Source: Planctomycetota bacterium
Lineage (GTDB): Bacteria > Planctomycetota > UBA1135 > GCA-002686595
Assembly: GCA_040265735.1 (NCBI GenBank)
Contig: JBDQFW010000001.1
Location: forward strand, 1-45,642
Length of the DNA: 45,642 nt
Reading direction: 5' to 3'
Shown: positions 18,271 to 26,904 of the stretch, one piece after another
How positions within the stretch are numbered: position 1 is the first letter of the stretch
How the letters are laid out: each line of letters begins with the position of its first letter
Translations under genes and position numbers: made by a program
Notes under the pieces: generated by a model
Databases searched by the model: none
Told to the model about the DNA's origin: nothing
Seen by the model: only the letters and a program-made list of their open reading frames with translations

Positions 18271-19821
18271 TCAGTCCATGTGTGCCATGACGCGCTCGTC
18301 CCCCATCTGGAGGCGCAGCGCCATGCGGCGGGCAATCTTGCCGAAGAGCGTCTCGTAGACGCGCAGGAAGCCCTTGATGCTGACCCGCAGGACGAAGTCC
18401 ACGCCGGTCCAGTAGCGCGGTCCGCGCAGGCCCTGGGCCTTGGCGTAGAGCTTGGCCTGCTCACTGACCATCCACTCGCTGTACAGCATGTAGAGGACCA
18501 GATAGAGCTTGCTGAAGGCGTGGAAGCGGATCGCCGGCTTCACGAGCGGCATGAGCCAGGGGTAGCGCACGACGATCGGGAAGAGCTTGTGCAGGTTCTC
18601 GATCTCGCGCTTGTTGTCGAACTCGATCGCGCTGGTGCGGTTGAACTTGACCGGGAAGTCGTCGTACGCCGCCACGGCGTAGCCCATCTCCTTGGTCATG
18701 TCCTCGATGTCGAACATCGGGTAGGGCTGCATGATCGAGACCAGCGGGTGGTCCACCTTGCAGCGGATGTTCAGCTTGATCGTGTCGAACTCGTCCTCGA
18801 GGGTCGCGCCCGGCCCGCCGAGCATGTTCAAGGAGCCCAGGCGGATGCCGTACTTCTTGATCCAAGCGGAGGAGTCCTCGAGCTGCTGGAGGGTCGTGTT
18901 CTTGCGGAACACGGCGTTGCGCACATAGTCGTTCGCAGCCTCGAAGGCGATCCGGGCGTACACGCAGCCAGCCTTCTTGAGCTGCTGGATGTGGCGCTCC
19001 TTGGTCATGTTCGCCATCAGGATGCAGTCGAACGGCAGGCCGACCTCCTTCGGGTACTTCTCGCAGAACTCGTCCAACCACTTGCCAGAGAGGTTGAAGA
19101 TGTCATCGAGGAAGTGGACGAACTTGAGGTTGTACTTCTCCTTGACCGCCTTGATCTCGCCGATCACGTGGTCGACGGAGCGCTTGCGCACGTACTTGGC
19201 GTTGGTCGAGGAGTAGACCTTCTTCTTCAGCGCGTGGTGGAAGCAGAAGGAGCAGTTCATCGGGCAGCCGCGCTGGGTCACGAAGACCTTGCGGTCGCTG
19301 TCCCGGTAGATGTGACCGGCGTCATAGATCACATCGCGGTCGGGGTAGCCGAGCGCGTCCAAGTCCGCGATCGGCGGGCGCTGTCCGTTGACGAGGATCT
19401 CGCCCGTCTCCCTGTGGCGGAACCAGAGGTTCTCGACGTCGTAGAAGTCCTCACCCGCGGCCATGCGGTTGAGCAGCTCGGGCACGGCCTCCTCACCCTC
19501 GCCGCGGCAGATGGCGTCCAGTCCCGGCGACTCCTCGAGGATGTCGGGGACATAGGTCGGGTGCGCGCCGCCCATGATCGCGAAGACATCCGGCAGGACG
19601 CTCTTCACCTTCTTGTTGATGTCCACGAAGTACTGGTGCATCCCCGTGGTCGTCGAGTACGCGACGACATCCGGGTCGTACTCCTTGATCTTCTCCAGCC
19701 AGTCCTTGTCGGGCAGGAAGAGCGCCTTCGTGTCGTGGCCCGCGTCCTTGATCGCGCGGGACAGCCACATCAGCCCCAGCATCTCCTGGGGCAGGTAGTC
19801 GTTGATGAAGAGGACCTTCAT
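18271..19821 (-). CDS. B12-binding-domain radical SAM protein (516 aa)
   Basis: N-terminal Rossmann-like B12-binding-type region (MKVLFIN...DVVAYSTTTG...AIMGGAHPT). CxxxCxxC cluster motif RGCPMNCSFC, followed by a radical SAM core. Confidence 0.9.
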   Translation of the reverse strand: MKVLFINDYLPQEMLGLMWLSRAIKDAGHDTKALFLPDKDWLEKIKEYDPDVVAYSTTTGMHQYFVDINKKVKSVLPDVFAIMGGAHPTYVPDILEESPGLDAICRGEGEEAVPELLNRMAAGEDFYDVENLWFRHRETGEILVNGQRPPIADLDALGYPDRDVIYDAGHIYRDSDRKVFVTQRGCPMNCSFCFHHALKKKVYSSTNAKYVRKRSVDHVIGEIKAVKEKYNLKFVHFLDDIFNLSGKWLDEFCEKYPKEVGLPFDCILMANMTKERHIQQLKKAGCVYARIAFEAANDYVRNAVFRKNTTLQQLEDSSAWIKKYGIRLGSLNMLGGPGATLEDEFDTIKLNIRCKVDHPLVSIMQPYPMFDIEDMTKEMGYAVAAYDDFPVKFNRTSAIEFDNKREIENLHKLFPIVVRYPWLMPLVKPAIRFHAFSKLYLVLYMLYSEWMVSEQAKLYAKAQGLRGPRYWTGVDFVLRVSIKGFLRVYETLFGKIARRMALRLQMGDERVMAHMD

Positions 19822-19867
19822 GGGGCAGTTCGGACCGGGGCGGGGCCTGCGGCCGCATCCCAGCGAC

Positions 19868-19918
19868 CCCTCATCCTATCGGCAGATTCCCGCCCTGGCT
19901 GAGAAGGGAGGATGAGGG
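19868..19918 (-). other. Inverted repeat (10-bp perfect stem, 31-nt loop) in the GT4 / radical SAM spacer
   Basis: ccctcatcct at 19868-19877 pairs with aggatgaggg at 19909-19918. Confidence 0.4.
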
Positions 19919-19950
19919 TTCCTGGTCGGCCCCCGACCGGTGGACACAAC

Positions 19951-21123
19951 TCAGGGCTGGGACCCGCGACCCGCGGCCGCCCCCAAGACCGCCTCCACCT
20001 CGGCGAAGGTGGTCTCCCGAAGGAACTCGACCGACCGTTCAAGGCCTGCCGCCGCGAACCGGCGCCCCTCCTCCGGGTCCTCCAGCAGCCGGCCCAGGCC
20101 GGCCGCGACGCTGGCGGAGTCGTAGGGGTCCACAAGCAGGCCGTTGACCCCGTGCTCCACCACCTCGGGGTTCCCGCAGACGCCGCTGGCGACCATGGGC
20201 GTCCCGAGCGCCTGGACCTCCAGCAGGGTGTGCGACAGGCCCTCGTACTCGGAGACGAGGGCGAAGACATCCGCGGCGCGGATCCAGGCGGGGATCTCAG
20301 CGTGGGGAACATTGCCCAGGAAGTGCACGCGGTCCGCGACGCCGAGCTCCTCGCCCAGGCGCGTCCAGGCCTCCTGCATGTCCCCATCCCCAGCCACGTA
20401 CAGGTGGGCGTCCGAAGGCAGCTCAGGCAGGGCCCGGATGAGCTGGTCCACGCGCTTCCAGCCCATGAGGCGGCAGATGGTGAGCACCACCCGCTGGCCG
20501 CCCGGCACGCCGAGCTGCGCACGCGCCTCGGCCTGGGTGAGCCTCACCTGCTCGGCGCGCGGGCCGTGGTAGGCGTTGAAGATGCGGCGCACCTTGTCGG
20601 GGGCGACGCCGTGGTGCTGGATCAGGATCTGCCGCAGGAACTCGGAGCAGGAGATGATCGCGGTGCACCACGACCACCAGCGACGCTGCAGGAGCCGCGT
20701 CAGCCCGACCCTCCAGCCGTAGCTCTTGCCCTGGAAGGTGACGATGTCGTCGCCGCCACACCAGCCCTTGCGGTGGGCGATCTCCCAGGAGCCGTCGACC
20801 ATGATCCGGATCACGGCGGGCCGTCCGCGCAGGCGCGCCGCGAGCACGTGCAGCAGGGCCAGGTGCTCGTTGACATAGACCACGTCCGCCCAGCCCGCGG
20901 CCTTGAGCACCTCCCAGAAGGCCTTGAGGTAGCGCAGCGGCAAGGGTCCGCGCGTGACGGCCGTGACCGGAAACGGATGCCCCTTCGGCTTCGGATCGGA
21001 GCAGAAGGCCACGACCCGGACCTCGTGGCCGCGCTCCTGCAGGAAGCGCGCGACGCTCGGCACATACACCGCCGGCCCCCCGAGGTCGGGAGGGAAGACG
21101 GGTGAGGTGACCAGGACGCGCAC
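19951..21123 (-). CDS. Glycosyltransferase family 4 (GT-B fold)
   Basis: MRVLVTSPVFPPDLGGPAVYV N-terminus. C-terminal EYEGLSHTLLEVQALGTPMVAS...E(x7)E-type block typical of GT4. Confidence 0.9.
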   Translation of the reverse strand: MRVLVTSPVFPPDLGGPAVYVPSVARFLQERGHEVRVVAFCSDPKPKGHPFPVTAVTRGPLPLRYLKAFWEVLKAAGWADVVYVNEHLALLHVLAARLRGRPAVIRIMVDGSWEIAHRKGWCGGDDIVTFQGKSYGWRVGLTRLLQRRWWSWCTAIISCSEFLRQILIQHHGVAPDKVRRIFNAYHGPRAEQVRLTQAEARAQLGVPGGQRVVLTICRLMGWKRVDQLIRALPELPSDAHLYVAGDGDMQEAWTRLGEELGVADRVHFLGNVPHAEIPAWIRAADVFALVSEYEGLSHTLLEVQALGTPMVASGVCGNPEVVEHGVNGLLVDPYDSASVAAGLGRLLEDPEEGRRFAAAGLERSVEFLRETTFAEVEAVLGAAAGRGSQP

Positions 21124-21249
21124 GAGGGGAGTCTAGCGCTCGCTGATCGTGGTCCCCTGGTCCTTTCGAGCCCCGTGGTAGGCGGTGGCGGGGACGCTCG
21201 CGGAGCGGGACCTCACGGCGCCGCTCGGCGATCGCGCTACCCTCGGAGC

Positions 21250-22113
21250 ATGCTGCGCGCCCTGGCCCTCCTGCTTGCCCTCTCCGCGTGCCGTGCGGCC
21301 GCGGACTCCCCCGTCGACCCCGGCCCCTCCGCCGAGGGGGAGGCCGCCCGCGCGGAGCTGCGGCTGATGACTTTCAACATTCGCTACGGCACGGCCCGCG
21401 ACGGCGCGCACCGCTGGGAGGAGCGTCGTGAGCGCGTTGCCGCGCGCATCCGCCAGGCCGCGCCGGACGTGCTCGCCCTGCAGGAGGGGCTCGCGTTCCA
21501 GCTGGAGGAGCTGGCGCCGGTGCTCGCCGGCTACCGCAAGGTCGGCCAGCACCGCGAGGGGGGACTCGAGGGCGAGTTCTCTGGGCTGTTCGTCCGCGAG
21601 GGGCTCGAGGTCTTCGACCAGGGCGAGTTCTGGTTCTCAGAGCAGCCCGGGCTGGCCGGCAGCAGGTCCTGGGACAGCAGCCTCCCGCGCATGTGCGCCT
21701 GGGTCGTGGTCCCCGTGGGCCCGGCCCGCATGCCGGTCCGGATCTATGGCACCCACTACGACCACCGCGGGGCGACGGCCCGCGCCATGTCGACGCGCAT
21801 GATCCTCGCGGACAGCGCCACGGTCGGCGCCGTGGTCGTGATGGGCGACCTGAACGCCGCCGAGGGGGACGCCCCCGTAGCGGGCTATCTCTCGCGAGGC
21901 TTCCGCTCGGCGGTCCTCGAGCACGACCCAGCCGTGACGCGTGGGACCATGAACGCGTTCCGGGACGAGGACGGAGGCGCAGCGCGCATCGATCACGTGC
22001 TCGTGCGGGGGCCGCTCGAGGTCGTAGAGGCTGCGATCCTCGGCGGGAGCGTGGATGGCCTGTTCCCCTCGGACCACGACGCCGTCACGGCGACCCTCAG
22101 GCCCACGCCCTGA
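21250..22113 (+). CDS. Secreted endonuclease/exonuclease/phosphatase (EEP) family protein
   Basis: Lipoprotein-like MLRALALLLALSAC. LMTFNIRYG, VLALQE, GTHYDH, GDLNA and PSDHDAV blocks. Start trimmed to the ATG at 21250. Confidence 0.8.
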   Translation: MLRALALLLALSACRAAADSPVDPGPSAEGEAARAELRLMTFNIRYGTARDGAHRWEERRERVAARIRQAAPDVLALQEGLAFQLEELAPVLAGYRKVGQHREGGLEGEFSGLFVREGLEVFDQGEFWFSEQPGLAGSRSWDSSLPRMCAWVVVPVGPARMPVRIYGTHYDHRGATARAMSTRMILADSATVGAVVVMGDLNAAEGDAPVAGYLSRGFRSAVLEHDPAVTRGTMNAFRDEDGGAARIDHVLVRGPLEVVEAAILGGSVDGLFPSDHDAVTATLRPTP

Positions 22114-22173
22114 TCCGTCAGCGCCAGGGGCCTCGGGGACGGAGCGGGAGCGCAGCGGGCGCCGCGCCGGAAC

Positions 22174-23652
22174 TCAGCAGACCGCCGGGTTCGAACGCCG
22201 AGCGCCGCGCTCGTCCTCGATGGCCTTGAGGCGCTCGAGGGTCACATCAGGGGTCGGGTACTCCCCGGTGAAGCACGCGTTGCAGAAGCTCTCGAGGCGC
22301 GGGTTGCCCTTGGCCGCCGCGATGTTCATCGCCTCCCGGTCGAGGTAGACGAGGTGATCGACGCCGAGGAAGCGCGCGATCTCGTCCACATCCCTACCGT
22401 CCGCGACGAACTCGGTCTTGCTGGCCATGTCGACGCCGTACGGACAGGGAGCGACCAGCGGGGGCGAGGTCACCGCGAAGTAGACGCGCCGTGCGCCCGC
22501 GTCGCGGGCCATCTGCACGATGCGCCGCGAGGTGTTCCCGCGCACGATCGAGTCATCCACGAGGAGTACGTCCTTGCCCTTGAACTCGAGCGGAAGCGCG
22601 TTGAGCTTGCGCCGGATCGAGGTGCTGCGGCTCTGGTGGTTGGGCATGATGAAGGTCCGCCCGATGTAGCGGTTCTTCACGAGGCCCTCGCGGTAGCGGA
22701 TCTTCAGCTCGCTGGCCATGGCCATGGCCGCGTCCCGCGAGGAGTCCGGGATCGGGATGACCACATCGGGCGAGGGCGCTCCGCCCGCCTTCCACTGCTT
22801 GCCAAGAGCCTTCCCGAAGCGGCGTCGGGTCTTGTAGACCGAAACGTCGTCGAGGAACGAGTCGGGGCGCGAGAAGTAGACGTACTCGAAGATGCAGGGC
22901 GTATGCCGCTGGGGGCCGACCTTCCGGTGGCTGAGCGCGCGGTCGTGGGAGATGAACACCGCCTCACCGGGACCAATGTCGAGGGTCCGGCGGTAGCCGT
23001 TCACATCCAGGACAACGCTCTCCGAGGCGCAGGCGAACCAGCGCCCGCGCTCGTCGGTCTTCTCGCCAAAGCAGATGGGCTTGATGCCGTACGGGTCGCG
23101 GAAGGCGACCATCCCAAGGTCCGCGATGAAGGCGCAGACCGAGTAGGCGCCCTTGACCTTCTCGTAGACGCAGCCCACCGCGTGGAAGACGTCCTCCTGG
23201 TCGAGGCTGCCGCCGTTGGCTTGGTAGCGCTCCGCCAGGGCCTGCTGGAACACGTACAGCAGCACCTCGAGATCGCAGGTCGAGTTGAGGCGCGTCCCTT
23301 TCGCGAACATGCTGCCGTGCAGCTCGGCGAAGTTGGTCACATTGCCGTTGTGCACCATCGCCGTCCCGATCGGGAAGGTGTGGTGGAACGGCTGCGCGTC
23401 CTCACTGCGGTTCTCACCGACGGTTGGGTAGCGCACATGCCCCACGCCCACATGGCCGCGGAGCTGGACCATGTGCTCCTCGGTGAACACCTCGCTGACC
23501 AGGCCGTGCGACTTGCGCAGGTTGAAGCGGTCCGTGTAGGTGATCATGCCCGCGGCGTCCTGGCCACGGTGCTGGACGGCGAGGAGTCCCTCGTAGATCT
23601 CGGGCGCGACGTCCACGCCGTCGGGCCCGAAGATGCCGATGAAGCCGCACAT
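22174..23652 (-). CDS. purF: Amidophosphoribosyltransferase
   Basis: MCGFIGIFG N-terminal nucleophile Cys. HRGQDAAG. C-terminal PRTase loop VLLVDDSIVRGNTS. Start trimmed to the ATG at 23652. Confidence 0.93.
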   Translation of the reverse strand: MCGFIGIFGPDGVDVAPEIYEGLLAVQHRGQDAAGMITYTDRFNLRKSHGLVSEVFTEEHMVQLRGHVGVGHVRYPTVGENRSEDAQPFHHTFPIGTAMVHNGNVTNFAELHGSMFAKGTRLNSTCDLEVLLYVFQQALAERYQANGGSLDQEDVFHAVGCVYEKVKGAYSVCAFIADLGMVAFRDPYGIKPICFGEKTDERGRWFACASESVVLDVNGYRRTLDIGPGEAVFISHDRALSHRKVGPQRHTPCIFEYVYFSRPDSFLDDVSVYKTRRRFGKALGKQWKAGGAPSPDVVIPIPDSSRDAAMAMASELKIRYREGLVKNRYIGRTFIMPNHQSRSTSIRRKLNALPLEFKGKDVLLVDDSIVRGNTSRRIVQMARDAGARRVYFAVTSPPLVAPCPYGVDMASKTEFVADGRDVDEIARFLGVDHLVYLDREAMNIAAAKGNPRLESFCNACFTGEYPTPDVTLERLKAIEDERGARRSNPAVC

Positions 23653-23793
23653 GCGGAGCTGGTGGGGTGGGGGCAGAGCCAGGGGGGTGCTCGGAGCCGG
23701 GGAGATGCTCCCCAGAGGCCAGACTCTATGCGCGCCCTCACGGACCGGCAACCCGCGGTGTCCCCGAACGGGACGCCGCGAGCCCCCGGGGCC

Positions 23794-26427
23794 TCAGGCG
23801 AGGGTGCGCTCCACGACCTCGCGGACATTGCGCGAGGGGTCTCGGGCAAGGATGCCCTCGAGGGCCTCGCGCGCAGCGGCCTGCCGAGCCGGGTCGAACC
23901 GGCGCCAGCTGGAGAAGGTCCCGGCCAGTCGGGCGGCCACCTGCGGGTTGAGGGCGTCCAGGGCGCTGACCTGCGCACCGATCAGCCGGTAGCCCGAGCC
24001 GTCCGCAGCGTGGAACCCGGTGGGGTCCGAGGCCGCGAAGGTGTGGAGGACCGAACGGGCCCGGTTGGGGTTGCTGAGCTGGAAGTCCTCGTGGGCCAGC
24101 AGGCCCTCGATGCGATCAACCGCCCCCTCCATGCGGCAGGAGGCCTGCAGGGCGAACCACTTGTCGAGCACCAGAGGGTTGTGGCGCCACTTCGAGTGGA
24201 AGGCCGCGAGGGCCTCGGCTCGCTCGGGACTCTCAACCTGCACGAGGCACCCCAGGGCAGCCTCCGCGTCGCTCATGTTGTCGGCAGCATCGAACAGCTC
24301 CTTGGCCAGCCCCGTCCCCGAGCCTGCGGCGCACAGGTAGGCCAGCGCGGCGTGGTGCTCACGGCGGCGGTCCACCTCGCTCGCCTCCGGGCGGTAGGCC
24401 CCCTGGGCCCGGCTGCGCTCGAAGAGCTGCCGCAGCTCGCCCTCCAGCGCCCGGCCCAGCCCCTCGCGCACGAAGGTGCGAGCGCGGAAGAGCGCGTCGG
24501 GGTCCACGACCTCCATGCGCTCGGCGAGCTCGTGCTCCGTGGGGAGGGCGAGCATGAGCTGGCGCATCGAGCCGTCGAGGCCCTCGTCGGTGACGACCGC
24601 ACGGAAGGCCTCCACGAACGGGGTCGGCAGCGCCAGCCCCTCGCCGCGCGCGGCCGCGGCCGCGAGGTCGAGGAGGAGGGCCCTGGCCAGGGTCTGGCCC
24701 GCCTCCCAGCGGTTCACGGGGTCGGCGTCGTGAGCCATGAGGAAGGCCAAGTCGCCCTCCCGGCGCGCGTGCTCCACGAGCACGGGCGCGCTGGCCCCGC
24801 GGAAGAGGCTGACGACCGGGCGCTCGCTGAGGCCCTCGAAGGTGAAGACCTGCTCCCGGGCGGTGAGCTCGAGCACGCACTCCTGGCCAGCCTCGCGGGC
24901 GTCCCCCGCCAGGCGCAGGGGCTGCGGCGTCCCGTCAGGGCCCAGGAGGCCCATGCGGATCGGGATGTGCAGCGGCGGGCTGCCCGCCTCGGCGCGCGCA
25001 CCCGGGCTCTGGACCATTACGAGGGAGAAGGTGCCCGCGCTCGCGTCCCACTCCTCGGTCACGGCAACGCGTGGGGTCCCCGGCTGGAGGTACCACTGCT
25101 CGAACTGGGCGAGGTCCCGGCCGTTCGCATCAGCCATGGCGCTGCGGAAGTCGTCACAGGTCACGGCCTGACCGTCATGCCGCTCGAAGTAGAGGTCCAT
25201 CCCGCGCCGGAACCCGTCGGTCCCCAGCAGGGCCTCGTACATGCGGATCACCTCGGCGCCCTTCTGATAGACGGTTGCCGTGTAGAAGTTGTCCATCGCC
25301 ACGTAGGACTCAGGCCGGATGGGGTGGGCCAGCGGCCCGGCGTCCTCGGGGTACTGCCGGTTGCGGAGCCCCCGCACGCTGCCGATGCGCTCGACCGGCG
25401 CCGAGTTCATGTCGGCGCTGAAGCGCTGGTCGCGGTAGACGGTCAGGCCCTCCTTGAGGGTCAGCTGGAACCAGTCGCGGCAGGTGACCCGGTTGCCCGT
25501 CCAGTTGTGGAAGTACTCGTGGGCGATGACGCTCTGCACGCCCTCGTAGTCGTCGTCGGTGGCGGTCTCAGGGCGCGCGAGCACGTACTTCGAGTTGAAG
25601 ACGTTCAGGCCCTTGTTCTCCATCGCGCCCATGTTGAAGTCGTTGACCGCGACGATCATGTAGACGTCGAGGTCGTACTCGAGGCCGAAGACCTCCTCGT
25701 CCCAGCGCATCGAGTCCACAAGGCTCTGGAGTGCGTGCTCGCACGCGTCGGCGTTCTGGGGCTCGACCCAGATCTCGAGCGCCACTTCGCGGCCCGAGCA
25801 GGTGGTGAAGGTGCCCGCGTGGCAGACGAGGTCGCCCGCAACGAGCGCAAAGAGGTAGCTCGGCTTGGGCCAGGGGTCCTCCCAGCGCACGCGGCGACGG
25901 CCGTCCTCGAGGACCTCGTCGGCGACCTTGTTGCCGTTGGACAGGAGGACGGGCGCGAGGTCGGGCTGGGCGAGGATCGTGGTGGACCACACCGCCATCA
26001 CGTCGGGGCGGTCCTGGGACCAGGTGATGCGCCGGAAGCCCTCCGCCTCGCACTGCGTGCAGAAGTTGCCGCTGGAGCGATACAGGCCGGAGAGGCTCGT
26101 GTTGCTCTCGGGGTGGATGCGGACGCGCGTCTCCAGCGTGAACGCGTCCGGGAGGCCACGCAGGGTCAGGACCTCGGCCGCCTCCTCGAGCTGGTCCGCG
26201 GGCCAGGCCTCGCCGTCCACCCGGATCGAGAGGGTCTCGAGCTCCTCGCCGTTCAGGACCAGCTCGTTCCCGGGGCCCTGGCGCTCGAAGCGCGTCGTCG
26301 CGGTCACCAGGGCCTCGTCCTCGGCCAGCTCGAACACGAGGTCCAGGGTCCGGGCGGCGAACGGGGGAGGGCTGTAGTCCGCGCGAAGCTTCGGGGTGGC
26401 CTTGGGGGCGGCATCGGTCGAGCGCAT
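23794..26427 (-). CDS. pepN: Aminopeptidase N (M1 family)
   Basis: GAMENKGLN exopeptidase motif and HEYFHNWTGNRVTCRDWFQLTLKEG zinc motif. 877 aa, typical of PepN. Confidence 0.93.
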   Translation of the reverse strand: MRSTDAAPKATPKLRADYSPPPFAARTLDLVFELAEDEALVTATTRFERQGPGNELVLNGEELETLSIRVDGEAWPADQLEEAAEVLTLRGLPDAFTLETRVRIHPESNTSLSGLYRSSGNFCTQCEAEGFRRITWSQDRPDVMAVWSTTILAQPDLAPVLLSNGNKVADEVLEDGRRRVRWEDPWPKPSYLFALVAGDLVCHAGTFTTCSGREVALEIWVEPQNADACEHALQSLVDSMRWDEEVFGLEYDLDVYMIVAVNDFNMGAMENKGLNVFNSKYVLARPETATDDDYEGVQSVIAHEYFHNWTGNRVTCRDWFQLTLKEGLTVYRDQRFSADMNSAPVERIGSVRGLRNRQYPEDAGPLAHPIRPESYVAMDNFYTATVYQKGAEVIRMYEALLGTDGFRRGMDLYFERHDGQAVTCDDFRSAMADANGRDLAQFEQWYLQPGTPRVAVTEEWDASAGTFSLVMVQSPGARAEAGSPPLHIPIRMGLLGPDGTPQPLRLAGDAREAGQECVLELTAREQVFTFEGLSERPVVSLFRGASAPVLVEHARREGDLAFLMAHDADPVNRWEAGQTLARALLLDLAAAAARGEGLALPTPFVEAFRAVVTDEGLDGSMRQLMLALPTEHELAERMEVVDPDALFRARTFVREGLGRALEGELRQLFERSRAQGAYRPEASEVDRRREHHAALAYLCAAGSGTGLAKELFDAADNMSDAEAALGCLVQVESPERAEALAAFHSKWRHNPLVLDKWFALQASCRMEGAVDRIEGLLAHEDFQLSNPNRARSVLHTFAASDPTGFHAADGSGYRLIGAQVSALDALNPQVAARLAGTFSSWRRFDPARQAAAREALEGILARDPSRNVREVVERTLA

Positions 26428-26568
26428 CCCGGCACCCTACCGTTGGCGGTGGGGTTCTCCCCATTGGGGGAGTCCCTAGCGCGGCGTCCCAGGCGCGCAG
26501 CTTCGCGCGCGAGGGTCAGGCACTCTCGAGTGGTGTCGAGCCCCGACCGGGACTCAGCCCACCAGGCT

Positions 26569-26904
26569 TCACAAGGTGCAGCGCTGGCGGTCCCTCCACC
26601 AGACGACCGCCGCGCAGGCAAACCCCAGCAGCGCGAGGCCGAGCTCGAGTTCGAGCCCGGAGTCGAGCTGGCGCGCGACGGCCCCTCCCGTGAGCAGAGC
26701 GGTCAGCAGACCGCCCATGCCGGGGCGGAGGAGGAGCAAGACGAGCGCCACTCCTTCGACCGCCACAGGCACCAGGGCTTCCGCGCTCCCGCCGGAGAGC
26801 CCGCGCTGGACGAGCCCGTGGACCAGGACCGCTGCGGCCGTGAGGCGGGGCAGCCAGAGCCAGCCAGGCAGGGAGGTCGAGTCGGTCGGGGACGAGGAGC
26901 TCAC
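26569..26904 (-). CDS. Small hydrophobic membrane protein, hypothetical
   Basis: Two to three hydrophobic segments and a GC3-rich frame. GTG start overlapping the selU stop (GTGA). A competing ORF in another frame is R/P-rich. Confidence 0.45.
   Translation of the reverse strand: MSSSSPTDSTSLPGWLWLPRLTAAAVLVHGLVQRGLSGGSAEALVPVAVEGVALVLLLLRPGMGGLLTALLTGGAVARQLDSGLELELGLALLGFACAAVVWWRDRQRCTL

Noticed and set aside
19822-19950. Cobalamin riboswitch upstream of the B12-binding radical SAM gene.
   Set aside because: The spacer is only 129 nt. The segment agccagggcgggaatctgcc only loosely resembles a B12 box. I could not trace the conserved riboswitch core. This needs an Infernal scan before any such claim.
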